From an uncultured virus (IMG/VR IMGVR_UViG_3300028629_000006) (Duplodnaviria > Heunggongvirae > Uroviricota > Caudoviricetes): a DNA stretch of 20,000 nucleotides. The notes under the pieces are model-generated. The model saw nothing but the letters and a program-made list of their open reading frames with translations, did no database searches and was not told the DNA's origin. This document shows, piece by piece, positions 1 to 8,712 of the stretch. How positions within the stretch are numbered: the first letter of the stretch is position 1; each line of letters starts with the position of its first letter. The DNA is taken from IMG/VR virus record IMGVR_UViG_3300028629_000006; one strand, given 5' to 3'. The translations under genes were made by a program, and so were the position numbers.

Positions 1-360
1 GCGTTGGATGGGGCGGATGGGCTACTCCGGGACGCCTGCGCCGCGGTGTTAGGCCTGTCTGATCAGAAGAAGCCGGCTCCGAAGAAGGTGCCGAAGCGTG
101 CGTCGCGTGCCGCAACCATCGATGCGCTGAAACTAGAACTTCACAACTACATTCTCGGGATGAAGAGCAGACTCAGTCAGGCGGATGAGGCTGGCTCGCC
201 CTTTGAACTCCCAGCGCTTGCGCAGAAGGATTTGGCCATCGCTATTGGGGCGACAAAGTCGTCTGTGTCCCGGGCCCTCGGCGATGGGAACGATCCGATG
301 TTGGACATCCTACTGAAGACCGCGAACAGCGAGGAGATGATCCGCAAGTACTCCCGGTGA
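1..360 (+). CDS. 5'-truncated protein with a C-terminal HTH DNA-binding motif
   Basis: Frame is open from base 1 to TGA at 358-360. LAQKDLAIAIGATKSSVSRAL resembles an HTH. Confidence 0.65.
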   Translation, partial: ALDGADGLLRDACAAVLGLSDQKKPAPKKVPKRASRAATIDALKLELHNYILGMKSRLSQADEAGSPFELPALAQKDLAIAIGATKSSVSRALGDGNDPMLDILLKTANSEEMIRKYSR

Positions 361-368
361 CGCAGCCG

Positions 369-401
369 ATTGCAGTTGTAGCCGTTTGCTGCAACTGCAA
401 T
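369..401. promoter_or_regulatory. Inverted repeat (operator or terminator-like) built from TTGCAG/CTGCAA half-sites
   Basis: ATTGCAGTTGTAGC-cgttt-GCTGCAACTGCAAT, 13 of 14 positions Watson-Crick, directly after the stop of the HTH gene. Confidence 0.6.
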
Positions 402-548
402 TCTGGCCGGAGGCTCTGTATCTATCCTAATTGAGCCCGGTTGCAGAGGGCTTCGTATTTTTCGGCCTCGGTTCCTGCAATTCTTCCCCAGGGTGTCGAG
501 CGGCGCACGGGGCGCTGCTCAGCCAGACACCCTTGCGGAGGAAGTACG

Positions 549-884
549 ATGCAGGAAGCCAGACACGATCCCAGCAAGTCCCAGTTGTCGGAGGCGAGGC
601 AGCGGCTCCTCGAGTCGATGCAGCGCATCACCTTCGGCCGCCTCGAAGGGCTCGCCGTCCGCGCCGGTGAGCCGGTCTTCGACCCGCCGCCGCGGGTGAT
701 CCGCGAGTTCAAGCCGGGCAGCAACACCAAGCGGTCTGAGGCGCAGCTCTCCGACTTCGCGCTCCGGAAAGAGCTGGCCGACCTGTTCGACTATTTCTCC
801 CGCGTCCAGAACGTCACCATTCTCTCCATCGAGGTCCTGCACGGCCTGCCCTTCAAGGTGACGGTCGAGGAGGGCCTCGCCTAA
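549..884 (+). CDS. Hypothetical phage protein (111 aa)
   Basis: GGAGG RBS before ATG 549 and a strong GC3 codon bias. The longer 441 start lacks an RBS. Confidence 0.8.
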   Translation: MQEARHDPSKSQLSEARQRLLESMQRITFGRLEGLAVRAGEPVFDPPPRVIREFKPGSNTKRSEAQLSDFALRKELADLFDYFSRVQNVTILSIEVLHGLPFKVTVEEGLA

Positions 885-936
885 CACGGGGTCGGCTCCC
901 GAACATCCCCAACGTTTTCGGACCAGACATCTAACC

Positions 937-1004
937 GGCCACGAGGTGGAGGTCGATGTGGGTTCGCCGAGTACGGCGTCCACATGACCTCTGCCTTCGT
1001 GGCC
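937..1004 (+). ncRNA. Candidate structured cis-regulatory RNA (long hairpin) in the leader of the sigma factor gene
   Basis: Nested pairings GGCCACGA/TCGTGGCC, GAGGTC/GACCTC, ATGTGG/CCACAT, CGCCG/CGGCG closing an AGTA loop. Confidence 0.5.
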
Positions 1005-1056
1005 AGCTGCTTCTCGGTGAATCCCACGCGGTCTCCGCCGGCCAAAGGAGCCCGCA

Positions 1057-1644
1057 GTGGAGACCAAGCAGACCCCGAACCCGATCAGCGACTACGCAGC
1101 CGAGACGATCCGCCACAAGGCCCGCCAGCTCGCCGGCACGGCGGGGTTCACCAAGGACGACATCGAGGACATCGAGCAGGACCTGGCGGTGGACCTGCTG
1201 GAGCGTCTGCCCAAGTTCAACCCGAACAGGGCGAAGCACACCACCTTCGTCGCCCGCCTGATCGAACGGAAGATCGCCAACCTCATCCGCTACCGCACAC
1301 AGGAGTGCCGAGACTACCGCCGCATGGAGTGCTCCCTGAGCGAGAACCTCGAGGACAGCGAAGGCGAGATCACCGAGCGCGCCGTCACGATCAGCCAGGA
1401 CGCCGTGGACATCCGCATGGACCACCGGGTGCGCAGCCGGGAGGACGACACCTGGCTCCCGCCCGACGTGGCCGCGGTGATCGCCGGCCTGCCGGACGAC
1501 CTCCGCAGGGTAGCCGAGCAGCTCATGGCCGGGAGCTTCGCCCGGGCGGTCAAGGCCCTGGGCATGCCGCGGGCCACGCTCTACGGCGCGCGAGACCGCC
1601 TCCGGGCCATCTTCGAAGACGCCGGGTTGCGCCATTATTTGTGA
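1057..1644 (+). CDS. Phage-encoded sigma-70 family (ECF-like) RNA polymerase sigma factor
   Basis: AAAGGAG RBS and GTG start. Region 2-like DIEDIEQDLAVDLLERLPKFNP...FVARLIERKIANLIR and region 4-like LPDDLRRV...AVKALGMPRATLY. Confidence 0.85.
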   Translation: METKQTPNPISDYAAETIRHKARQLAGTAGFTKDDIEDIEQDLAVDLLERLPKFNPNRAKHTTFVARLIERKIANLIRYRTQECRDYRRMECSLSENLEDSEGEITERAVTISQDAVDIRMDHRVRSREDDTWLPPDVAAVIAGLPDDLRRVAEQLMAGSFARAVKALGMPRATLYGARDRLRAIFEDAGLRHYL

Positions 1645-1669
1645 GTTCTTCGGCCAACTCGAATTTCCA

Positions 1670-1684
1670 CCGGGTAAGTAACGC
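1670..1684 (+). promoter_or_regulatory. Motif copy 1 (CCGGGTAAGTAACGC), candidate phage-sigma promoter of the replication operon
   Basis: Identical 15-mer at 17133-17147. Both copies are intergenic, in the same orientation and upstream of operon starts. Confidence 0.55.
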
Positions 1685-1720
1685 ATTGTCGGAGGCGAGT
1701 GCTGCGAAAGGACGGGGAAC

Positions 1721-2026
1721 ATGATCGGCAACATCTACCGCTACCAGTTCACGCCCGAGATTCCCGCACGGGACATTGACGAGACCTTGCATCTGGCCCT
1801 GCTCGCCGCCGAGTGCCTGCACGGCGAGGCCAAGGTCCGGCTGGAGGCCTCGTACTGCCTGGACGCTGAAAAGCGCGTCTGCGTGATCGACTCGGGCACC
1901 GCCATCGGCAACTACGTCGTGCGCTTCTTCACCGGCTTCGCCACGCGGGAGTTCGGCGAGCGCGCCTTCACGGTGCGCCGCATGGACCGTGTGCCCGAGC
2001 CCAAGGTCGCGGGGGCGCCGGCGTGA
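1721..2026 (+). CDS. Hypothetical phage protein (101 aa)
   Basis: Purine-rich RBS, ATG start, coding-like codon bias. Confidence 0.8.
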   Translation: MIGNIYRYQFTPEIPARDIDETLHLALLAAECLHGEAKVRLEASYCLDAEKRVCVIDSGTAIGNYVVRFFTGFATREFGERAFTVRRMDRVPEPKVAGAPA

Positions 2027-2051
2027 CCATCAGCGAAGGAAGGACCTGTCC

Positions 2052-2858
2052 ATGAAACCCATCGACACCAGCTTCATCACCAAGGAGAGCGAGGCCGAGT
2101 ACCACGGCAAGTCGAAGTTCTGGCTGACCAGCCACCGGCTGGCCGAGTTCCGGCGCAACCCGCTGCTCTTTCGCAAGAAGGAGCTGGGGCTTGTGACCGA
2201 GGACGAGGACCGGCCGGCGTTTGTGATCGGCCGGGCTGCACACAAGCTCGTCCTGGAGGGCCGCGGTGCCTTCCAGGCCGAGTACGCGACCGGCGGGCCG
2301 GTGAACGCCCGCACTGGCGAGGTCTACGGCAGCCGCACCAAGGCGTTCCAGGAGTGGGCCGAGGCCCAGGGCAAGCCGGTCATCACCGACGAGCAGCTCA
2401 AGCTGATCGAGAGCCTGGAGGCCAGCGTCCGGGCGCACCGGCACGCGCGGGAGATCCTCGCCGAGGGCATCCCCGAGGGCGTGGTGCGCGGCAACTACGC
2501 CGGCGTGGCCTGCCAGGGGCGCATGGACTGGCTCAACCCCGCCCACGGGATCGTGGACTTCAAGACCTGCGACAACCTCGACTGGCTCCAGATGGACGCC
2601 AAGACCTACGGCTACGCGCACCAGCTGGCGTTCTACCGCGCCCTGGTCGCCGTGGTCGCCGGCGCCCGGGTGCCGGTATGGCTGGTCGCGGTCGAGAAGA
2701 AGGAACCGTTCAGGACCGGCGTCTGGCGCATGGGCGACGACGTGCTCGGCGTCGCGCAGAAGGAGAACGAGCAGGCCATCGCGCGGCTGCTCACCTGCCG
2801 CGAGGCCGACGCCTGGCCTACTGGCTACGAGGAAGTGCGCACCTTCGATTGGATTTGA
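2052..2858 (+). CDS. PD-(D/E)XK exonuclease, RecE/ExoVIII-like (DUF3799 type)
   Basis: AAGGA RBS. Motifs GRAAHKLVLEG, CQGRMDWL, IVDFKT, YAHQLAFY, VAVEKKEPF. Confidence 0.85.
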   Translation: MKPIDTSFITKESEAEYHGKSKFWLTSHRLAEFRRNPLLFRKKELGLVTEDEDRPAFVIGRAAHKLVLEGRGAFQAEYATGGPVNARTGEVYGSRTKAFQEWAEAQGKPVITDEQLKLIESLEASVRAHRHAREILAEGIPEGVVRGNYAGVACQGRMDWLNPAHGIVDFKTCDNLDWLQMDAKTYGYAHQLAFYRALVAVVAGARVPVWLVAVEKKEPFRTGVWRMGDDVLGVAQKENEQAIARLLTCREADAWPTGYEEVRTFDWI

Positions 2859-2957
2859 TCGTCGGCGAGCCGCGGGATGGCGTGACGGACCGGCCATCCG
2901 CCCGGACTCCCTGTGCCCGCGCTCGCCATTGGCAAGAGAGGAAGAGGAGGACGCACC

Positions 2958-3719
2958 ATGAAGTTGCTTGAGCAGGTGGAGAGCGGGCGGAAGCCCGCGC
3001 CGCGCCGGCTGATGCTTTTCGGCACCGCCGGCATCGGCAAGTCGACCTTCGGGTCGATGGCGCCCAGCCCGATTTTCGTTCCGACCGAGGACGGCGTCGG
3101 CGAGATCGACTGCGCCAAGTTCCCGCTGGCCCAGACCTTCGACCAGGTCATGGCAGCCCTGTCGGAGCTGTACTCCGAGAAGCACCCCTACCAGACGGTC
3201 GTGGTTGACTCGCTCGACTGGCTGGAGCGCCTGATCTGGGCCGAGGTCTGCCGCAAGCGGATGATCGAGAGCATCGAGGACATCGGGTACGGCAAGGGCT
3301 ACGTCTTCGCGCTGACCCACTGGCGGGAGTTCCTGGAGGGCCTCAGCGCCCTGCGGAACGACCGCGGCATGATGATCCTGCTGATCGCCCACGCCCGCAT
3401 CGAGAGGTTCGAGAACCCCGAGACGGAGAGCTACGACCGGTATGTGCCGCGGCTGCACAAGCTGGCCTCGCAGGTCGTGCAGGAGTGGTGCGACGAGGTG
3501 CTCTTCGCGACCTACAAGGTCTATGCCAAGGTCAACGACGAGGGCATGGGCCGCAAGAAGGCCAAGGGGATGGGCTCGGGCGAGCGGATCATCCGCACCA
3601 CCGAGCGCCCCGCGCACATGGCCAAGAACCGCCTGAACCTGCCGGACGAGCTCCCGCTCGTCTGGAGCGCTTACGCGCAGTACCTGGTCAATCAGAACGG
3701 AGGACAGAGCAATGGCTAA
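2958..3719 (+). CDS. Sak4-like AAA_24 ATPase (phage recombinase)
   Basis: GGAGG RBS. Walker A GTAGIGKST, Walker B VVVDSLD, GYGKGY and AKNR motifs. Sits between an exonuclease and an SSB-like gene. Confidence 0.85.
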   Translation: MKLLEQVESGRKPAPRRLMLFGTAGIGKSTFGSMAPSPIFVPTEDGVGEIDCAKFPLAQTFDQVMAALSELYSEKHPYQTVVVDSLDWLERLIWAEVCRKRMIESIEDIGYGKGYVFALTHWREFLEGLSALRNDRGMMILLIAHARIERFENPETESYDRYVPRLHKLASQVVQEWCDEVLFATYKVYAKVNDEGMGRKKAKGMGSGERIIRTTERPAHMAKNRLNLPDELPLVWSAYAQYLVNQNGGQSNG

Positions 3720-4167
3720 CCTGCATGGTTTCAACGCCGGCGAGGTCGACCCGGCGGTCGACTTCGAACCCATCCCGGCCGGGAAGTACCTGGCGGTGAT
3801 CACCGCCTCCGAGATGAAGCCGACCAAGTCGGGGAAGGGCAGCTTCCTGGAGCTGAGCTTCCAGGTGATCGACGGCGAGTTCAAGGGCCGGCTGCTCTGG
3901 GCGCGCCTGAACCTCGACAACACCAACCCGCTGACGGTCCAGATCGCCCGGGCGGAGCTGTCGGCCATCTGCAGGGCCGTCGGCGTCCTGCAGCCCAAGG
4001 ACTCGGTCGAGCTGCACAACCTCCCGCTGCAGGTGACGGTGAAGTGCAAGAAGCGCCAGGACAACGGCGAGATCACCAACGAGATCAAGGCCTACGGCAA
4101 GAAGGAGGCGGCGACCGGTCAGCCGCAGCAGCAGGCCGCGAGCACCCCTCCCTGGGCCCGCAGGTGA
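3712..4167 (+). CDS. DUF669 family single-stranded DNA-binding protein
   Basis: FEPIPAGKYLAVI...FLELSFQVIDGEFKGRLLW pattern and PPW C-terminus. Overlaps the ATPase stop. Confidence 0.8.
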   Translation: MANLHGFNAGEVDPAVDFEPIPAGKYLAVITASEMKPTKSGKGSFLELSFQVIDGEFKGRLLWARLNLDNTNPLTVQIARAELSAICRAVGVLQPKDSVELHNLPLQVTVKCKKRQDNGEITNEIKAYGKKEAATGQPQQQAASTPPWARR

Positions 4168-4553
4168 CCGAAGTCGAGTTGCCGTTCCCGCCGTCGGTGA
4201 ACCACTACTACCGGCGGGTCGGCCCGCGGACGCTGATCAGCCGCGAGGGCCGGGCTTACCGCGACAAGGTTTGCTCGGTCCTCGCGGCCCTGGGGCGGCC
4301 GCTCTTGGCCGGCCGGCTGGCCATGGCCGTGGAAGCCTATCCACCCGACCGCCGCCGGCGGGACGTCGACAACCTCATCAAGGCACTGGCAGACGCTCTT
4401 CAGCACGGAGGGGCATACCAAGATGATTCGCAGATCGACCTTCTGGCCATCGCCAGGCGAGAGCCCGACCGCGGCGGGGCCGTCATTGTCAGGCTCGACC
4501 AGTTCCCCATCGCCCGGTGCCCGGTGTGCGGGGCGGCGTGGGCTGGGGCTTGA
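4164..4553 (+). CDS. rusA: RusA family Holliday junction resolvase
   Basis: GTG start in a GTGA overlap with the SSB stop. Motifs LPFPPSVNHYY, PPDRRRRDVDNLIKALADAL, DDSQI. Confidence 0.9.
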   Translation: MTEVELPFPPSVNHYYRRVGPRTLISREGRAYRDKVCSVLAALGRPLLAGRLAMAVEAYPPDRRRRDVDNLIKALADALQHGGAYQDDSQIDLLAIARREPDRGGAVIVRLDQFPIARCPVCGAAWAGA

Positions 4554-4791
4554 GGACCAGTTCCGGGTCTGGGCCTTTCACATCTACTACAGCCGGAGCT
4601 TCCGCAGCGAGCGCGACCTGCTGCTGCGCTTCGTGAAGGCGCTGGAGGCGTCGGCCAGGCCGATCCTCCGGCCCGAGCGCCTGGCCGAGTGGGCGGGGAG
4701 CGACGCCCGCCGGCGGGACTACTCGGGGGACGACTTCCGGCTATTCGAGCGAGGATTCCTGGCGGATGGAACTGCGACCGTACCAGCGTGA
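4543..4791 (+). CDS. Small hypothetical protein with an uncertain start
   Basis: Strong GC3 coding bias over about 4552-4760 (EDQFRVWAFHIYYSRSFRSERDLLLRF...). The only in-frame ATG is 4423, deep inside rusA. CTG 4543 is the nearest candidate start. Confidence 0.55.
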   Translation: MGLEDQFRVWAFHIYYSRSFRSERDLLLRFVKALEASARPILRPERLAEWAGSDARRRDYSGDDFRLFERGFLADGTATVPA

Positions 4792-6457
4792 CGCGGTGGA
4801 GGCCGTCTACGGCCATCTCCGCTCTCGGGACGACAACCCCTGCGTGGTGATCCCGACGGCCGGGGGCAAGACGCCGTGCCTGGCGGCCATCTGCCGGGAC
4901 GCCGTCGACCTCTGGCAGGGCCGCGTGCTGATCCTGGCCCACGTCAAGGAGCTGCTGGAGCAGTCGGTCGCCCATCTCAACCGGCTGCTCGACTGGGACA
5001 AGGTGGGCATCTACTCGGCGGGACTGAAGCGGCGGGACACCGCGCACCCCATCATCGTGGCGGGCATCCAGTCGGTCTACAAGCGCGCCTGCAAGCTCGA
5101 CGGCTTCGATCTGGTCCTTGTGGATGAGGCTCACATGATCCCGCCGGACGGCGACGGGATGTACCGGACCTTTCTGGAGGAGGCGGCCAAGGTCAATCCC
5201 CGCATCCGGGTGATCGGCTTCACGGCCACGCCGTTCCGCATGACCACCGGCTCCATCTGCGCGCCGGAGAACCTGCTCAACTCGGTCTGCTACGAGATCG
5301 GCGTCCGGGAACTCATCGTCCAGGGCTACCTCTGCAAGCTGGTCACCAAGGGCGGGCGGGAGGACGTGGACACCGGGGGCCTCCACGTCCGCGGCGGCGA
5401 GTTCGTGGCCGACGAGGTCGAGGCCCTGATGAACCAGGACTCGCGGGTCGAGGCCGCCTGCACCGAGATCATCGACTACACCGGCGACCGCAAGGCATGC
5501 CTGGTCTTCGCCAGCGGCGTCGACCATGCCGAGCACGTGGCCGAGACGCTGCGACGGAAGGGTGGCGTGGTCGCCACGGTCTTCGGCGAGACGTCCGACA
5601 AGGAGCGGGCCAAGGTCATCGCCGACTTCCGCGGCGGGCAGGTGAAGTACCTGGTCAACGTGAATGTCTTGACCACGGGCTTCGACGCCCCGAACGTCGA
5701 CTGCGTGGCCATGCTCCGGCCGACGATGTCGCCGGGGCTCTACTACCAGATGGTCGGGAGGGGATTCCGGCTCTGCGAGGGCAAGGCCGACTGCCTGGTC
5801 CTGGACTTCGGCGGCAACGTCCTCCGGCACGGCCCGGTGGACGACATCCTGGTGCAGGCGAAGGACTACGAGGGCGACGGCGAGGCGCCGGCCAAGAAGT
5901 GCCCGAACTGCAGCGCGCTCATCGCCGCAGGGTACACCGTCTGCCCGCAGTGCGGCTACGAGTTCCCGCCGCCCGAGCGCCGGCAGCACGACGCCACGGC
6001 GAGCACCGCCGGGATTCTCTCCGGCCAGGTGACTGTCGAGGAGCACGAGGTCCGGGAGACCTGGTACAGCCTCCACGCCAAGCGCGACGCGCCGCCCGAG
6101 CATCCCAAAACCATGCGCGTCGACTACCAGATCGGCTGGCAGAAGTACCAGTCCGAGTGGATCTGCCTCGAGCACGGCGGCTGGGCGCGCAGCAAGGCCG
6201 AGTCCTGGTGGAGACAGCGCTCTAACCTGCCCCCGCCGGCCACGGCAGAGGAGGCCGTCGCCCTAGCCCAGGAGGGGGCACTGTGCCAGACGCGGCACAT
6301 CACCGTCCGGAGCGTCACCGGCGAGAAGTACGCCCGCATCGTGGGCTATGACCTCGGCCCGAAGCCCGACTACCGCGAGCCGGGGTGGGATGAGGAGGGC
6401 GAAGCAGTGCCGTCCTCGGTCGGCGCCTCTGCCGACCACGAGGAGATCCCCTTCTAG
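4766..6457 (+). CDS. SF2 DEAH-box helicase, RadD/YejH-like, with CxxC-CxxC zinc finger
   Basis: LRPYQ, PTAGGKT, DEAH, TATP, LTTGFDAP, QMVGRGFR, CPNC...CPQC. Confidence 0.92.
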   Translation: MELRPYQRDAVEAVYGHLRSRDDNPCVVIPTAGGKTPCLAAICRDAVDLWQGRVLILAHVKELLEQSVAHLNRLLDWDKVGIYSAGLKRRDTAHPIIVAGIQSVYKRACKLDGFDLVLVDEAHMIPPDGDGMYRTFLEEAAKVNPRIRVIGFTATPFRMTTGSICAPENLLNSVCYEIGVRELIVQGYLCKLVTKGGREDVDTGGLHVRGGEFVADEVEALMNQDSRVEAACTEIIDYTGDRKACLVFASGVDHAEHVAETLRRKGGVVATVFGETSDKERAKVIADFRGGQVKYLVNVNVLTTGFDAPNVDCVAMLRPTMSPGLYYQMVGRGFRLCEGKADCLVLDFGGNVLRHGPVDDILVQAKDYEGDGEAPAKKCPNCSALIAAGYTVCPQCGYEFPPPERRQHDATASTAGILSGQVTVEEHEVRETWYSLHAKRDAPPEHPKTMRVDYQIGWQKYQSEWICLEHGGWARSKAESWWRQRSNLPPPATAEEAVALAQEGALCQTRHITVRSVTGEKYARIVGYDLGPKPDYREPGWDEEGEAVPSSVGASADHEEIPF

Positions 6458-6465
6458 GGGTGGCC

Positions 6466-8712
6466 ATGAGCACCCACCTCGACCACGCCCTGGCCTACGC
6501 CAAGCTCGGCTGGCGGATCGTGCCGCTGCACCATATCAACGACAAGGGGCAGTGCACCTGCCTGCGGCCGGGCTGCGAGGCGCCGGGCAAGCACCCGCGG
6601 ATCAAGGACTGGACGAACCAGGCGACCACCGACGAGGCCATCATCCGGGCCTGGTGGGCCCGCTGGCCCGACGCCAACATCGGCATGGCCATGGGCAAGG
6701 GGCTGGTCGACATCGAGTCGGAGGTCGACTGCGCCGAGAACCTCACCCGGCTGGAGGCCAAGCTCGGGCCGCTGCCTGACTCGGTCAGTTGGTCGAGCGG
6801 CGGCGGGGGCCAGCACCGGGTCTTCCGGACCAGCCTGCCCATCGGGAACCTGACCAACATCGGCCAGGAGATCCTGGGCATCCCGAAGACCGGCGTCGAC
6901 GTCCGCGGCGAAGGCGGCCAGGCGGTGATGCCGCCGTCGGCCCACATCTCGGGCGGCACTTACCGATGGACGAACCTGACGCCTGATGCCCTCGATGTCG
7001 CCGAGCTGCCGGAGGCGTGGGCCAACTACCTGGCCGAGGCCGCCAAGTCGGAGGTCAAGCCCGGCGGCGAGAACCCCATCCCGGAGGGGCAGCGCAACTC
7101 CACCCTGGCGCGCCTAGCCGGGACCATGCGCCGGGCGGGAATGAGCGAGCCGGCGATCCTGGCGGCGCTCCTCGAGACCAACCGCGAGCGCTGCAACCCG
7201 CCGCTGGGCGAGGGCGAGGTGCGCGCGGTCGCGGCGTCCATCGCCAGGTACGAGCCCGACCAGGTGATGGTCGCGGCCGTCGAGGGGCATTGGGAACAGG
7301 ACCAGGCCGGGGAGCCCGAGGAGTCGGATGAGCAGCCGGGTGGGGAAGACCCCGGCCAGCTGCCCGAGCACCTGCTACACGTCCCCGGCCTCATCGACGA
7401 GGTCATGAACCTGACGCTCCTGAGCGCGCCGTACCCTGACCGGGTGCTGGCCTTCTGCGGCGCCCTGGCGCTGCAGGCGACGCTTTGTGGCCGGAAGGTG
7501 CGAGATCCCGGCGGCGCCCGCACCAACCTCTACCTGCTCGGCCTGGCGAACTCCGGCACCGGCAAAGACCACCCCCGCAAGATCAACCAGCGGATCATGC
7601 TGGAGGCCGGGCTCTCCAGCCAGTTGGCCGACAGCTTCGCCTCGGGGGAAGGCATCGAGGACCGCGTCGCGGCCTCGAAGACCGTGCTCTTCCAGACCGA
7701 CGAGATCGACGCCGTGCTGCTCTCCATCTCCAAGAGCAAGGATGGCCGGGCCGAGCGGATCATGGAGATCCTGCTCAAGTTCTACTCGGCCGCCGCCAGC
7801 CTCTACCACATGCGGGTCAAAGCCGGCCAGGAGCCGGGGACCATCGACCAGCCCTGCCTGGAACTGTTCGGCACGGCGATCCCGAAGCACTACTACGAAT
7901 CGCTCTGCGACAAGATGCTGACCAACGGCTTCTTCGCCCGGATGCTGGTCTTCGAGGCAGGCCTGCGCGGTGCGGGGCAGGAGCCAAGGGAGCTGCCCGT
8001 GCCGGCCAGCATCATCGAGAAGGCCCGCTATTGGGCCGCCCTGCGCCCAGGGCAGGGCAACCTCGACAACGAGCACCCCACGCCCATCGAGGTGCCGTTC
8101 GAGCCGGGCGTCTCAGACCTCTTCGAGGCCATCCGCCAGCAGGAGGCGGCGGCCTACGACAAGGCCCAGAAGGCCGACGACCCGGTTGCCATGGCCATCT
8201 GGGCCCGTGCGGGTGAGAAGGTTCGCCGCCTGGCCCTGGTCTACGCCTGCAGCGAGAACCACCAGGCGCCGGTGATCACCCGGGCCGCCGTCGAGTGGGC
8301 ATGGGCCATCGTGTACCACCAGACCCGGCAGATGCTGTTCCAGGCCGGCCGCCATGTGGTCGAGAACGAGTTCGAGGGCCGCTGCAAGCGGATGCTCCGC
8401 ATCCTCCAGAACTGGCGCGCCGTACACGGCGACCGGTGGATGGACGGCTGGAAGGTCTCCAGGCGGATGAAGATGTCCACCCGGGATCTGACGGATGTGC
8501 GCGAGACGCTGGTGGCTCAGCGACGCATTGAGTACAGCGAGATCTCCACCGGCGGGCGGCCATCCCGGACCTATCGCCTGGTGCCTTCGCAGCGCGAAGA
8601 ACCGACTTATTGCCCTGGTCAAGAAGTGCCTGGAGGGGGTCTTCTTGACCATATTGACCCCCATATTGCCGACGGCGAAGAGTCAAGAAGTTCGGCCGGA
8701 ATGGAGGCGTAA
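6466..8712 (+). CDS. Bifunctional primase-polymerase (Prim-Pol) plus PriCT plus DUF3987-like ATPase/helicase replication protein
   Basis: ALAYAKLGWRIVPL, GKHP, WWARWPDANIG, GGGGQH, DVRGEGGQAVMPPSAH, IPEGQRNSTLARLAG (PriCT), Walker-like ANSGTGKD and TDEID. Alternative start GTG 6460. Confidence 0.88.
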   Translation: MSTHLDHALAYAKLGWRIVPLHHINDKGQCTCLRPGCEAPGKHPRIKDWTNQATTDEAIIRAWWARWPDANIGMAMGKGLVDIESEVDCAENLTRLEAKLGPLPDSVSWSSGGGGQHRVFRTSLPIGNLTNIGQEILGIPKTGVDVRGEGGQAVMPPSAHISGGTYRWTNLTPDALDVAELPEAWANYLAEAAKSEVKPGGENPIPEGQRNSTLARLAGTMRRAGMSEPAILAALLETNRERCNPPLGEGEVRAVAASIARYEPDQVMVAAVEGHWEQDQAGEPEESDEQPGGEDPGQLPEHLLHVPGLIDEVMNLTLLSAPYPDRVLAFCGALALQATLCGRKVRDPGGARTNLYLLGLANSGTGKDHPRKINQRIMLEAGLSSQLADSFASGEGIEDRVAASKTVLFQTDEIDAVLLSISKSKDGRAERIMEILLKFYSAAASLYHMRVKAGQEPGTIDQPCLELFGTAIPKHYYESLCDKMLTNGFFARMLVFEAGLRGAGQEPRELPVPASIIEKARYWAALRPGQGNLDNEHPTPIEVPFEPGVSDLFEAIRQQEAAAYDKAQKADDPVAMAIWARAGEKVRRLALVYACSENHQAPVITRAAVEWAWAIVYHQTRQMLFQAGRHVVENEFEGRCKRMLRILQNWRAVHGDRWMDGWKVSRRMKMSTRDLTDVRETLVAQRRIEYSEISTGGRPSRTYRLVPSQREEPTYCPGQEVPGGGLLDHIDPHIADGEESRSSAGMEA

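Noticed and set aside
2864..2927. Hammerhead ribozyme or tRNA
   Set aside because: Lacks the CUGANGA/GAAA core and lacks a cloverleaf with T-loop consensus.
1968..4088. 706-aa minus-strand ORF (likewise 4400-6175, 9288-10349, 16990-18633, 18488-19474)
   Set aside because: Antisense shadows of GC3-biased genes with clear motifs on the + strand. No recognisable domains.
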